From NCBI GenBank assembly GCA_016176525.1, contig JACOWZ010000003.1:385000-448999 (forward strand): 64,000 nt of DNA. Reading direction: 5' to 3'. Of the stretch, positions 18,410 through 28,292 are shown piece by piece. This DNA comes from Candidatus Colwellbacteria bacterium (GTDB taxonomy: Bacteria > Patescibacteriota > Minisyncoccia > UBA6257 > Colwellbacteraceae). Position 1 is the stretch's first letter; every line of letters begins with the position of its first letter. The notes beneath the pieces were generated by a model. It ran no database searches. It had not been told where the DNA came from and was given only the letters and a program-made list of their open reading frames with translations. Made by a program: the position numbers and the translations under genes.

Positions 18410-20482
18410 CTATTCTTCCAGTGTTCTAAAACTGTGAGTGCTGGATTGTGTTGTATTGCCAGACTCATCAGTTGATTCAACCATGAAGAAGTAGGTTGTG
18501 TCGGGGCTAAGCCCTGTAACATTCTTTGAGTGGGCTGTTACAAGGTTTGCATCTCCGACTGAAGCCGCGGTTTCTGTATCAATCGGGCTTGCAGTGGAGT
18601 AGAAGACTCGGCTAGTGGATGCTTCATCCGTAGCCCAGCCTACCGTAACCGAAGTAGAAGTCCTATTAGAAACGCCGATATTAGAAATTACCGGCCCTTC
18701 TGTGTCTGCAGGCTTTTCTACTGCAAGAGTGTCAAAAGACATCTCTTCGCTCATAGAAACGTTGCCTGCCTCATCTGCCGACTCTACTATAAAGAAGTAG
18801 GTTGTTTCTGCATCAAGTTCGCTCAAATCAATTGAGTGAGATGATACGAGCTCTGCGGAAGAAACACTGTCAGCAGTTTCCACGTCAATGTTTGCCTCGT
18901 TAGAGAAGTAGACCTTAGAGTTGGAGCTTTCATCCGTATCCCAAGTTATTGTTGCGCTAGACTCTGTTATATCAGAGGTAGCAACATTAGAGATTACGGG
19001 AGCTGTTTCGTCTAGTTCTTCTTCCTCTTCTACAGCAAGCGTGGCAAATGAGTTTTCATCAGATTTGCTGACATTGTCTGCATCATCCGCAGAAGACGCT
19101 ACAAAGAAGTAGGTAGTCTCGGCTGAGAGGTTGTTCAAGGTTATAGAGTGAGTTCGAGTGCTGTCAAAGGCCCTCGTTACAGAGAATGATGTTGCTTCGT
19201 TAACTGGGCTTGTAAGAGAGTAATCTACTCGGCTATTGGAGTCTTCATCGGTTGTCCAAGTTACCGTTGCACTGGAGTCCGTAATGTTTGTTACCTCTAC
19301 GTTGGAGATAACCGGAGCCTCGGTGTCGGCTGCCTCTATTGTAGTAAACGAACCCTCGTCGGAGGTGGCAGTGTTGCCGGCCTCATCGGTTGATTCAAAT
19401 ACAAAGAAGTACTTGGTTCCCGCTGCAAGATTCATTAGATTCTTGGAGTGCTCGGTTACCAAGTTAGAGTCGCCTACAGAAGCTGCAGTCTCGGTGTCAA
19501 CGGGGCTTACAGTTCCGAAGTAAACTCGGCTTGTAGAAGCCTCGTTTGTATCCCAGGCAATAGCTGCGCTAGACTCTGTAATATTCAAGGTTTCAATATT
19601 ACTGATTACGGGAGCAGCTGTATCAGCCTCATCTTCATCATCTCCATCCTCGTCCTCGTCTCCGTTTTCGTCCTCATCTTCATCTTCTTCCTCTACAGCT
19701 TCTGTAGTGAAGGAACCCTCGTCGGAGGTGGCAGTGTTGCCAGCTTCGTCAATTGATTCTACAATGAAGAAGTATTCAGTCTTAGCTGTTAGACCAGTTA
19801 GGTTCTTAGAGTGAGCTGCTGCCAGATTACTGTCGCCTACAGAGGCGGCGGTTTCTTTATCAACCGGAGTTGAGGTTCCGAAGTAAACTCGGCTGGTTGA
19901 CGCTTCATCCGTAGTCCAATTTACGGTAGCGCTAGACTCCGTTATGTCTGTGACTTCAATATCACTTATTATCGGAGCTGTTTCGTCAGCCGGTTCTTCG
20001 TCTTGTCCGGCTGCTAATGCTTGAAGTTGCAGAACAATACCCGGAGGCAAATCGTCGCCGCACTCTTCAAGAATTAAACTAGCCGAAACAAGGCCGCGTT
20101 TAGCAAGATTAAGCAGTATGCCTGGTGGTTGGTCGCAGAGATCAGAGTCTTTCTGCGCTTTGGCAAATCGTACTGAACTTGCCGATTCCATAGAGGCGGA
20201 ATTCTGAACCTCGGCGTCAATGCTCTCTGAATCATCGCCAGCAGATGTTACAGCAACGTCATTAACAGATTCTACGCTTGCATCGGTGGTGGTTTGTGCG
20301 ACCACATTAGAAGATTCGCCGTCTGTACTAAACACTAGCGTTGTTGCAATAGCCAAAGTCAGCGCTACAAGCGTGACAATAGCAACTGAAATTTCTCCTT
20401 TCTGGTGTGTCAGTTTTTTAGTCATTGTTTTTTTGGTTTTTAATACGGCACTTAGTAGGTGCCTTCGACCTTTATGCCCCAT
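18410..20482 (-). CDS. Membrane-anchored surface protein with five tandem fibronectin type III-like repeats and a poly-acidic linker
   Basis: N-terminal cytoplasmic tail plus TM; five ~100-aa repeats (APVISN..T.ITESSA...W.TDE.S.SRVYF....P....TA.SV...NL...HS..L..L...T.YFF.VES.DEAGN); EEEDEDEDENGDEDEDGDDEDE linker. Confidence 0.75.
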   Translation of the reverse strand: MGHKGRRHLLSAVLKTKKTMTKKLTHQKGEISVAIVTLVALTLAIATTLVFSTDGESSNVVAQTTTDASVESVNDVAVTSAGDDSESIDAEVQNSASMESASSVRFAKAQKDSDLCDQPPGILLNLAKRGLVSASLILEECGDDLPPGIVLQLQALAAGQDEEPADETAPIISDIEVTDITESSATVNWTTDEASTSRVYFGTSTPVDKETAASVGDSNLAAAHSKNLTGLTAKTEYFFIVESIDEAGNTATSDEGSFTTEAVEEEDEDEDENGDEDEDGDDEDEADTAAPVISNIETLNITESSAAIAWDTNEASTSRVYFGTVSPVDTETAASVGDSNLVTEHSKNLMNLAAGTKYFFVFESTDEAGNTATSDEGSFTTIEAADTEAPVISNVEVTNITDSSATVTWTTDEDSNSRVDYSLTSPVNEATSFSVTRAFDSTRTHSITLNNLSAETTYFFVASSADDADNVSKSDENSFATLAVEEEEELDETAPVISNVATSDITESSATITWDTDESSNSKVYFSNEANIDVETADSVSSAELVSSHSIDLSELDAETTYFFIVESADEAGNVSMSEEMSFDTLAVEKPADTEGPVISNIGVSNRTSTSVTVGWATDEASTSRVFYSTASPIDTETAASVGDANLVTAHSKNVTGLSPDTTYFFMVESTDESGNTTQSSTHSFRTLEE

Positions 20483-20567
20483 TTCTGCACAAGATTTTGC
20501 ATTATGGGTTCAATTGCCTAGACGAGAGGTATTTGCTGCGTGCTACAAGATGGTATAATTTAAGAAA

Positions 20568-21038
20568 ATGGCTAAGAAATTTTGGATAGTGATTTTTATA
20601 TTTGGTGTTGCTGTTGGTTTTTTATATTTTTGGAATACCAGTAGTTTTAATAAACTGCCGGAAGATATTGCGGAACATATAAAACTTAAAAGTGATTTAA
20701 TAATACTTAATAGCCCTAAGCCTATGGCGGAAATTTCATCGCCATTAAAAATAACTGGGGAGGCTAGAGGTAATTGGTTTTTTGAGGCAAGTTTTCCAAT
20801 AACATTAACTAATTGGGATGGTTTAATTATTGCCCAGCATTATGCAACTGCAAAGGATGAGTGGATGACGACTGATTTTGTGCCATATGAGGCTATATTT
20901 GAATTTGAAAATCCATATAAAGAAGGGGACCAGGAGTTTATGCAGCGAGGATATTTGATTTTGCACAAAGATAATCCATCAGGTCTTCCGGAGAACGACG
21001 ACGCACTGGAAATTCCGGTTTTCTTTGCACCAGAATAA
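20568..21038 (+). CDS. Secreted protein with Gmad2/GerM-like immunoglobulin-like domain (hypothetical)
   Basis: N-terminal TM; SSPLKITGEARGNWFFEASFPITLTNWDG pattern. Confidence 0.45.
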   Translation: MAKKFWIVIFIFGVAVGFLYFWNTSSFNKLPEDIAEHIKLKSDLIILNSPKPMAEISSPLKITGEARGNWFFEASFPITLTNWDGLIIAQHYATAKDEWMTTDFVPYEAIFEFENPYKEGDQEFMQRGYLILHKDNPSGLPENDDALEIPVFFAPE

Positions 21039-21043
21039 AAAAG

Positions 21044-21068
21044 AGAGCAGTTTTTTCTGCTCTTTTTA
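21044..21068. terminator. Bidirectional rho-independent terminator (AGAGCAG-TTTTTT-CTGCTCT, flanked by A-run and T-run)
   Basis: Read directly, between convergent genes. Confidence 0.55.
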
Positions 21069-21080
21069 GTCTGTATTTAT

Positions 21081-21599
21081 TCACTCTTGTTCTTCTTGCT
21101 CTTCCTTACAGAGAGTGTGAACGCATTTACCGAGGTAGTCGTTTATTCTGTCTATCGCTTCTATTGCAAGTCGCCTGCGTTCTTGCAGAGTTATGCCTCC
21201 ATTGCGGAGTAATCCAAGAATCTTGTTGTATTGATTCAGATCTGTGATAACTGCACAGCGTTCGTAATTTCTCGCCCCCCAAGCGAGTAGAAAAACCCTA
21301 ACTGGTTCTACCTGCTCCATGCTTTGTACTTCTGTTTTTTCCGGAATTGGGCAGACTACAACATTAAATGGAATGTTAAAGTCGCCAATGCGCCCCTTAA
21401 GAAGGTCTTTTACTAAGTTGGCTTCTTCGATTTTCAGTTCCCGCTTGTTTAGGGGTAGGCTTTGGATTGTTAGTGGGCCGGCAGTTATTTGGAACCCGAC
21501 TTTAGCAAGCTCTACTACAAATTCAGCAGTGCTTTTTAACGGGTCCATGTTGTGGTCGGCGTGCGAGACACTAACAAACGCGCGTTTTTGCTCTTGCAT
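21081..21599 (-). CDS. Hypothetical protein
   Basis: 172 aa, acidic C-terminus; no family recognised. Confidence 0.4.
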   Translation of the reverse strand: MQEQKRAFVSVSHADHNMDPLKSTAEFVVELAKVGFQITAGPLTIQSLPLNKRELKIEEANLVKDLLKGRIGDFNIPFNVVVCPIPEKTEVQSMEQVEPVRVFLLAWGARNYERCAVITDLNQYNKILGLLRNGGITLQERRRLAIEAIDRINDYLGKCVHTLCKEEQEEQE

Positions 21600-21679
21600 A
21601 TGTTAAAGTCCTCTTAATTAGGAGAATAGCACTTTTTAGAGTTAGAGCGCAAGATATTAGTTTTGACTTTCTTATTTTT

Positions 21680-22186
21680 GTGTGTTACTACTTAAAAGTA
21701 GTCATGAGAGGTACGCACATTAACATACCCGCCGAGGAGCGAACGGTGATGATGACAACTGAAACAAAATCCCCCCCGAGAATAGTTATGGGGAGTGATA
21801 ACAATAATAACGACCGTGTCAGGGAGTTTAGCTTTAGTATTGTGTTGAACCCTGGGGAGCAAGTTAGGTTCTGGCCGCCGTTGCCGTATTGGGTAAAAAA
21901 ACATGTTTTGCCCAGAGAAGACTTAAGCTCTAGTGTAATTACAGCCCTACGTAAGCTTGCCGAGGTTGATGGAATCAAGAAAATCGGCCTTCTCAAGCAC
22001 GAGTTTGTAATAGAGAGAGCTCCAGCATGGGCATGGGACCGCATTTTGCCTCAAATTCTTAACATATTGAGGCATGTCTTTGACCTTGAAGATCCAACGC
22101 TCGTGGATGTGGTGAGTGAGCTTAAAGGCGCGCATGTCCCCGAAGCCGGTTTGGCGGAAGCCGACTATTCAGAACCAGAGGAATAA
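21680..22186 (+). CDS. Hypothetical protein (start uncertain)
   Basis: ORF with several candidate internal starts (MRGTHIN, MMTTE); acidic C-terminus. Confidence 0.35.
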   Translation: MCYYLKVVMRGTHINIPAEERTVMMTTETKSPPRIVMGSDNNNNDRVREFSFSIVLNPGEQVRFWPPLPYWVKKHVLPREDLSSSVITALRKLAEVDGIKKIGLLKHEFVIERAPAWAWDRILPQILNILRHVFDLEDPTLVDVVSELKGAHVPEAGLAEADYSEPEE

Positions 22187-22227
22187 CTCTGGTCTTTTTT
22201 GTTCAGGGTATAGGGTATAATAATAAT

Positions 22228-22785
22228 GTGGATTTAGGTTTTTTAGATTATAAAACGGTGCTTACCATAGCCCATTTGCTCGGTGTCGTGGTTGGTATGG
22301 GTGGCGCAGTTGCGAGTGATTTTATGTTTTTCTCAAGCGTTAAAGATGAGCGCATATCGCATACAGAGATGCGCTTTCTACGGCTTGGGAGCTTTATGGT
22401 GTGGATTGGTTTGGGTATTTTAGTGTTATCTGGGACTCTGCTTTTCTTTACTAACCCAGAGGTTTATATAAATTCTGCAAAATTCTTGGCGAAGATGACT
22501 ATTGTTGCAGTTATAGCTGCAAATGGAGTGTTTTTCCACCTTGTGCATATTCCGCGCCTCCACAGGCATATTGGCTCGCATTTTAAATCCTCGGATGAAT
22601 TTATGCGCACAGCGCCGTTTTTGATATTAAGCGGTGTTGTTTCTTTGGTCTCGTGGGCCTCTGCGCTTTTGTTGGGGAGCTTGCGGCAGATTCCTTATTC
22701 TTATTTAGAAATCATCGGGCTTTATGCTATAGTGTTGTTCTTTGCAGCGGCGGGCGCAATTATTTTTAGGAAATTTATTATATAG
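22228..22785 (+). CDS. Hypothetical integral membrane protein
   Basis: Five to six TM helices. Confidence 0.45.
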   Translation: MDLGFLDYKTVLTIAHLLGVVVGMGGAVASDFMFFSSVKDERISHTEMRFLRLGSFMVWIGLGILVLSGTLLFFTNPEVYINSAKFLAKMTIVAVIAANGVFFHLVHIPRLHRHIGSHFKSSDEFMRTAPFLILSGVVSLVSWASALLLGSLRQIPYSYLEIIGLYAIVLFFAAAGAIIFRKFII

Positions 22786-22793
22786 ACTCTTAA

Positions 22794-24014
22794 ATGCAAA
22801 GATTAATCTTATCGGGTTTGGTTTTGGGAATAGCTTTAATAGGCGCAGCTGGTTTTAAGGTTTCTTACGAGTCGGGTGCAAAAGCCGAGGAGGTAATCGG
22901 GTCGCCTTGGATAGCGAGTTTGTTTGCAGACAAGTCGGATAATATTGTTAGCCTTAAAATAGAAGAGGGGGATACATTTGGAATTTTAGCAGAAGCTGCG
23001 GGAGTTCACTCTACAGAAATCTTGGCCATTCTTGAAGCCGCAAAGGATAAATATAACCTTGCACGCATTGTAGAGGGCAGAGAAATAAGTTTTATTTTTG
23101 GAGAAGATCAAATATTTAACAAACTTGTTTACCAGATAAACGTTGATGAGGTGCTTGTTATGCAACATAGCCCCGACGCTTTGGTCGGAGTAGGTTGGAG
23201 CGCGGAGCGAATAAATACTCCTTATTCGGTAGAGACTGAAGAAGTTTCCGGGACGATTGCAACGTCTTTATATGAGGCGATTGTTGGCAGCGGCGGTGAT
23301 GAGCGCGTGGCGCTGCAACTTGCCGAAACTTTTGCTTGGCAAGTAGATTTCTTGGTTGATATTAGAGAGGGTGATAGCTTTAAAATGATTTATGAAAAAC
23401 GTTTTGTAAACGGCAACTATATAGGCCCGGGTAATATTTTGGCGGCGCAGTTTATAAACGCCGGCACTACTTTTAGGGGAATTTATTTCGCATCCGGCGA
23501 TAAAGCCGCTTATTATGATGAGAATGGCAACGCCTTGCAAAAGATATTTTTAAAATCTCCGCTTGCATATAAATATATCAGCTCTGGATTTACATACAAA
23601 AGAGTAAACCCGGTTACGGGGCATGTTGGTGCGCATCGCGCCATTGACTATGCTGCTCCGCATGGAACGCCGGTAGTTTCTATTGGCGACGGCACAGTTG
23701 CGTTTTCGGGTTGGAAAGACAACTTGTACGGCAATGCGGTTATTATTCGGCATAACGGCACTTACTCAACTTTGTACGGCCATTTTTACAGCGTAGCCGT
23801 AAGAATAGGCCAGAGGGTTAAACAGGGAGATGTGGTTGGCTATGTCGGTTCCACGGGCCAGTCTACTGGGTCGCACCTGCATTTTGAGATGTATAAAAAC
23901 GGCGGCCACGTTAACCCGTTTATAATAGAGCTGCCGCCGGGGGAGCCGGTTGCGGAGTCCGCTCGGGCAGAATTCGAGGCGCTTTGGCAAACATATAAAG
24001 ATTTTTTTAATTAA
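22794..24014 (+). CDS. Peptidase M23 family metalloendopeptidase with N-terminal anchor and OapA-like region
   Basis: HVGAHRAIDYAAPHGTPV ... GSTGQSTGSHLHFEM M23 catalytic motifs. Confidence 0.85.
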   Translation: MQRLILSGLVLGIALIGAAGFKVSYESGAKAEEVIGSPWIASLFADKSDNIVSLKIEEGDTFGILAEAAGVHSTEILAILEAAKDKYNLARIVEGREISFIFGEDQIFNKLVYQINVDEVLVMQHSPDALVGVGWSAERINTPYSVETEEVSGTIATSLYEAIVGSGGDERVALQLAETFAWQVDFLVDIREGDSFKMIYEKRFVNGNYIGPGNILAAQFINAGTTFRGIYFASGDKAAYYDENGNALQKIFLKSPLAYKYISSGFTYKRVNPVTGHVGAHRAIDYAAPHGTPVVSIGDGTVAFSGWKDNLYGNAVIIRHNGTYSTLYGHFYSVAVRIGQRVKQGDVVGYVGSTGQSTGSHLHFEMYKNGGHVNPFIIELPPGEPVAESARAEFEALWQTYKDFFN

Positions 24015-24065
24015 TGTGCTATACTTTACCCACAATTTAAAGGTCGTCTTTAAAAAAATAAATAA

Positions 24066-24527
24066 ATGAACAAATTTGTAGTAATAGCGGCTGTTGTTAT
24101 TTTGGCGCTTGTTGGGTGGTGGATATGGTCTCAAGGCGGCGCACCAACAACGCCAGGCACTGAAGAGACATCGCAAAATGGCGAGGTTACAGGAGAATCT
24201 GCTACTATTCAGCTTGCACAGAGTAATTTTTCTGGAGTAAGTGGTGCTGCTACTCTTATCGAATCAGGCAACAACCTTGTTGTGATGATTGAAACGTCTG
24301 GTGCACCCGGTGGTGTTGCACAGCCGGCGCACATACATGCTGGCACTTGCAGCGAGCTTGGTGGAATAGTGTATGAGCTTGCTCCTGTTTTGGATGGCAG
24401 TTCAGAAATACAGCTATCCGGCGTTAGCCTTAGCGATTTGGCTGAACAAATGCCTTTAGCTATAAATGTGCACAAGTCCGCTGAAGAAATAGGTGTAAAC
24501 GTTGCTTGTGGAGACATATCGCTTTAA
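24066..24527 (+). CDS. Secreted CHRD-domain protein
   Basis: N-terminal TM; PAHIHAGTCSELGG / LAINVHKS CHRD-like motifs. Confidence 0.5.
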   Translation: MNKFVVIAAVVILALVGWWIWSQGGAPTTPGTEETSQNGEVTGESATIQLAQSNFSGVSGAATLIESGNNLVVMIETSGAPGGVAQPAHIHAGTCSELGGIVYELAPVLDGSSEIQLSGVSLSDLAEQMPLAINVHKSAEEIGVNVACGDISL

Positions 24528-24600
24528 TTTAGACTTAAAGCTAGCAGTAAAAACGGGCAAACTTGCCCGTTTTTGCGTTTTCAATATAATAAGCAGGTAT

Positions 24601-25842
24601 ATGAAAAAAAGAATAAAGAGGATAATTGTGGTTACTATTTTAGTCCTTGCGCTTATCTCGTTTTTACTGCCGCCAACTTTTGGCGCAACAGAAGGTGTAA
24701 GCGCAAATGCACCTAAAATCTTGCCTGCAAATCCCTTCTATTTTATAAAGGAGGTTGGCCGCGGCGTGAGGAGTATTTTTACGTTTAACTCCACCGATAA
24801 AGTGGAATATGAGTTAAAAGTGGCAGATGTAAAAGCATTGGAGGTTGAGGCAGCGACAAATAATAGCAACGATCCTGGTGTGGTGGCTCCGGCAGTGCGT
24901 AATTTTAGAGAAAGCGTTGAAAAACTAAAACAACGGTTTGAAGGATTAGAACTCGCGACGGATAATGCGCGCATAGACGCGCTTTTAAATTTTTTTGCGG
25001 CTAGGTTGGTAAAACATACTGCAATTTTGCATAACGCAAGCAATAAGTTTAAGAGTTTGGAAAGTGAGATTATAGATGCAGCTAATAGTTTGCACAAAAC
25101 TTTTATTACAACAGTAGAGATGATTCTTAATTATACGAACGGAGACTTAAAGGCAATATCCATAATTGATTCAACAGATTCTATAGAAGAATTGATGCGT
25201 TTTAAAAACTATATAATTATGCGCTTTGAGGCAAGAGTTAAAGTAAGTGAACTTTCAAAAGAAGCTATAGAGGAGAGTATTGAATCTTTGGGGCTTAGTG
25301 AGGCGCGCAAGCTAAAAATTATAAATGAACTGCGAGAAAGAGCTTTTGATGAGTATTTAAAGAGTAATCTAAGTATAATAAAAACTGACTTAATAAAAAC
25401 TCTTGAATTGAATGGTGTGATTGAGGATAGCGATGTCCAAAAAGCTATTACAGAAGCTGAAGATTTAATTGAGTCTATTGCCGACCTTCAGATTGATAAG
25501 GCTAGATTTAACTTACTCGATGCGCAAAACTTGCTTAGAGCTGGTTCTAACGCGGCGGCGTTATCATCTGCACAGTCTGCTTATATCGCGGCGAGATCCG
25601 CTTTGGAAGAGTTGAATGCGAAGGATAAGGCGTCTGCAGAATTTTACTCGGAGCTTAAGGCGGAGTTTGATAGATTGGCCTCTATTGCAAGAAGCCGCGA
25701 TATTACAAGAGAAAACAATACTGCGTTTTATGAGCTATTAGAAAAAGTTGAAAAGCTGGTGCTTGGTGTGGAAACCTATGGACAGGCAAATGCCGCAAAA
25801 AGAGTGCTCACAGAGATAGAGGCGAGACTTTTAAGCTTGTAG
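24601..25842 (+). CDS. Secreted coiled-coil protein, DUF5667-like (start taken at MKKRIKR)
   Basis: Signal/TM then the PANPFYFIKEVGRGV motif and long helical regions. Confidence 0.5.
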   Translation: MKKRIKRIIVVTILVLALISFLLPPTFGATEGVSANAPKILPANPFYFIKEVGRGVRSIFTFNSTDKVEYELKVADVKALEVEAATNNSNDPGVVAPAVRNFRESVEKLKQRFEGLELATDNARIDALLNFFAARLVKHTAILHNASNKFKSLESEIIDAANSLHKTFITTVEMILNYTNGDLKAISIIDSTDSIEELMRFKNYIIMRFEARVKVSELSKEAIEESIESLGLSEARKLKIINELRERAFDEYLKSNLSIIKTDLIKTLELNGVIEDSDVQKAITEAEDLIESIADLQIDKARFNLLDAQNLLRAGSNAAALSSAQSAYIAARSALEELNAKDKASAEFYSELKAEFDRLASIARSRDITRENNTAFYELLEKVEKLVLGVETYGQANAAKRVLTEIEARLLSL

Positions 25843-25845
25843 ACT

Positions 25846-25959
25846 CACCAAACCCACAGTATCTCGAGTCACTGGCGTAAAATTCTTGCTGAATTTTCGC
25901 CTTCTTCTCGCGCCGTCGCGCTCCGAAAATGACTCTCGACACAATGGGTTTGGTTCGCC
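25846..25959. repeat. ~114-bp intergenic element bounded by inverted repeats, copy ii
   Basis: Terminal inverted repeats ACCAAACCCA...TGGGTTTGGT; fills the whole gap between convergent genes. Confidence 0.8.
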
Positions 25960-25960
25960 G

Positions 25961-27193
25961 TTAACCTAATCGGTCGTTTTTGATAAATATAAATAAGCCG
26001 CGAAGCCAGATTATAAGCGCCTTGTAGAGAGGCATAATAGAGGCAAGATATTTTAGCTCTACCAAGCCTTTTAATACCCATCCTAAAAATCCGCTTATTA
26101 TAAGCGGCCCTATTTTTGCAACTGCCCATTTGCCGCCCACAGGTATTATATAGGGGTAGCTTTTGGCGACATATTTTTTATGTGATGCAGTTTGTATGTC
26201 GCGGAGCACGTTTTCTGCCGCAACACGCGCTTGCTCAATCGCAGCAGGTGCCGTTTGCGGCGCTATTTGGCCCGTTTTTGGGTTTGTGGCACAGGTTATA
26301 TCGCCTATACCGAATATGCGGCCGTGGACAGTTAGGTCTGCGCTCTCCGGAATGCAAACCATTCCGCTCTCTACATCGGTTCTTTCTTTTGTTTTTCTAA
26401 ACGGTAGAGCTCGCAGTACGCTAGAGGGTTCTACTCCGCCAGTCCAGATAAGAACATCATAAGGGACGGTGTCTCCATCTTGGAGTAATAGATTTTTATT
26501 TTTTCCATCAACCGACACCACTGGGCTGTTTACGATTACTTTTATGCCAAGGCGCAGAAGCCTTTTGCTTATTTTTTCTATTACTCGTGGCTCAAAGTTG
26601 GATAGCACGGTTGGCCCTGCTTCTATTATTGTTATATTAGATTTTACTCCAAGCCAGTTTTTAAGTTCGCCTGCAAGCTCAACGCCGGTTGAGCCTCCTC
26701 CGATTACACAGATGTTTTCTCGCGGGGCTTCAGAGAGCACCGCATCTCTTATTTTTACAGCATCGGCGAATGTTTTAAATTCGTGGGCTGCTTCTTTTGC
26801 GCCTGGCACGCCGAAAAAGTTGGTTTGCGAACCTAGTGCCAATATTAAATAGTCGTACTTTATTGGATAGCCGTTTTTTAAGTGGATGTCGCCCGTACGC
26901 CTTGCTACGTCTAGCTCCGTAACCTCGTCGTTTATAAACTTTATAGGCAAGTTTTTAACCAGTTTTTCTATAGGGAATGTAACAATACGCTTGATTTTTG
27001 TATAATCCGCAGTTTCTTTATCAAGAGATGCTACTTCGTAGAGTGTGGGAGTATAGGTGTGGTACGCGTTTTTATCCACAAGTATAACCTCGTAATCATC
27101 TTGCAGATCGTATTTTTTAATGCCTTTACCAAGCGCTTTTGCAGCCGTTAGGCCGCCAAAACCCGCGCCTAAAATTACAATCTTTTTAACCAT
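25961..27193 (-). CDS. ndh: Type II NADH dehydrogenase / FAD-dependent pyridine nucleotide-disulfide oxidoreductase
   Basis: N-terminal Rossmann IVILGAGFGGLTAAKAL, second dinucleotide site ICVIGGGSTGVELAGEL, C-terminal TM tail. Confidence 0.85.
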   Translation of the reverse strand: MVKKIVILGAGFGGLTAAKALGKGIKKYDLQDDYEVILVDKNAYHTYTPTLYEVASLDKETADYTKIKRIVTFPIEKLVKNLPIKFINDEVTELDVARRTGDIHLKNGYPIKYDYLILALGSQTNFFGVPGAKEAAHEFKTFADAVKIRDAVLSEAPRENICVIGGGSTGVELAGELKNWLGVKSNITIIEAGPTVLSNFEPRVIEKISKRLLRLGIKVIVNSPVVSVDGKNKNLLLQDGDTVPYDVLIWTGGVEPSSVLRALPFRKTKERTDVESGMVCIPESADLTVHGRIFGIGDITCATNPKTGQIAPQTAPAAIEQARVAAENVLRDIQTASHKKYVAKSYPYIIPVGGKWAVAKIGPLIISGFLGWVLKGLVELKYLASIMPLYKALIIWLRGLFIFIKNDRLG

Positions 27194-27233
27194 ATCTTAG
27201 TAGTATAAGATATATAGGTTATAATCTAAAATA

Positions 27234-28292
27234 ATGGAACTAATATTCTTTGTTGTACTCACAATTGTTTTAATTGCCGGTTTCGGCCTGATTTTTTGGA
27301 CTTTACGCGGCGGTAAAGGCGAGGCTTCTGCGGGAAACTCGCTTAACCTTATTCAAAACCAGATAAACGAGCTTAATCGCACTTTAGACTCTAAACTTGG
27401 AGAATCGGGTAAGGCAATGCGCGAGCAGTTTTCTGAAAGCGCAAAGATTATTCGCGATGTAACCGAGAAACTAACCAGGCTTGATGAAACCAACAAGCAG
27501 GTTGTTAGTTTCGCGGACCAATTAAGGAGTTTGCAAGACATATTAAAAAATCCAAAACAGCGCGGAGTATTGGGTGAGTATTATCTTGAAACGCTTCTGA
27601 AAAATGTCTTGCCGCCTGATATATACAAAATGCAATATGCTTTTAAAAATGGTGATATTGTTGACGCCGTTGTTTTTGTAGGCAGGAAATCAGATGAGAA
27701 AATTATTCCGATTGATTCCAAATTTTCTTTAGAAAATTATAATCGGTTGGTTGAGGCAGCCGATAAGTCCGAAAAAGATCGCCTTGAGAAACTTTTTGTA
27801 AATGATCTCAAAAACAGAATTGTTGAGACATCAAAATATATCCGACCGGAGGAAGGGACTACTGACTTTGCTTTTATGTTTATTCCACATGAGGCAATTT
27901 ATTACGACCTATTAATTAACAAAGTTGGCGCAGTTTTGGAGGATACGGAAAATTTAATCCAGCGGGCCGCCGGTAAATACAAGGTTTTGATAGTTTCTCC
28001 AACTTCCTTTTTGGCATACCTGCAAACTGTTTTACAAGGCTTGCGTGCACTGAAAATAGAAGAATCTGCAAAAGAGATTAGGAAGCGGGTTGAGGAATTG
28101 GGCAAGCATATGTCGAGTTACGACACATATATGCAGAAGCTTGGTGCCCACCTTGGAACATCGGTAAATATGTATTCCAACGCGTACAAAGAGTTTAAAA
28201 AAATTGATAAAGACGTTTATCGTATAACCGGAGACAAAATGAATATTGAGCCTCTTACTGTGTCTGGCCCGGATTCGGCAGAAGATGAATAA
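27234..28292 (+). CDS. rmuC: DNA recombination protein RmuC
   Basis: N-terminal TM, long coiled coil, C-terminal RmuC nuclease-like domain (FAFMFIPHEAIYYDLL). Confidence 0.85.
   Translation: MELIFFVVLTIVLIAGFGLIFWTLRGGKGEASAGNSLNLIQNQINELNRTLDSKLGESGKAMREQFSESAKIIRDVTEKLTRLDETNKQVVSFADQLRSLQDILKNPKQRGVLGEYYLETLLKNVLPPDIYKMQYAFKNGDIVDAVVFVGRKSDEKIIPIDSKFSLENYNRLVEAADKSEKDRLEKLFVNDLKNRIVETSKYIRPEEGTTDFAFMFIPHEAIYYDLLINKVGAVLEDTENLIQRAAGKYKVLIVSPTSFLAYLQTVLQGLRALKIEESAKEIRKRVEELGKHMSSYDTYMQKLGAHLGTSVNMYSNAYKEFKKIDKDVYRITGDKMNIEPLTVSGPDSAEDE

Noticed and set aside
18615-20558. Several plus-strand ORFs inside the FN3-repeat gene, and the possibility of a CRISPR-like array from the periodicity
   Set aside because: The periodic units are ~300 bp, diverged and clearly protein-coding on the minus strand (conserved amino-acid skeleton). 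There are no short identical direct repeats with unique spacers. The plus-strand ORFs are antisense artefacts.
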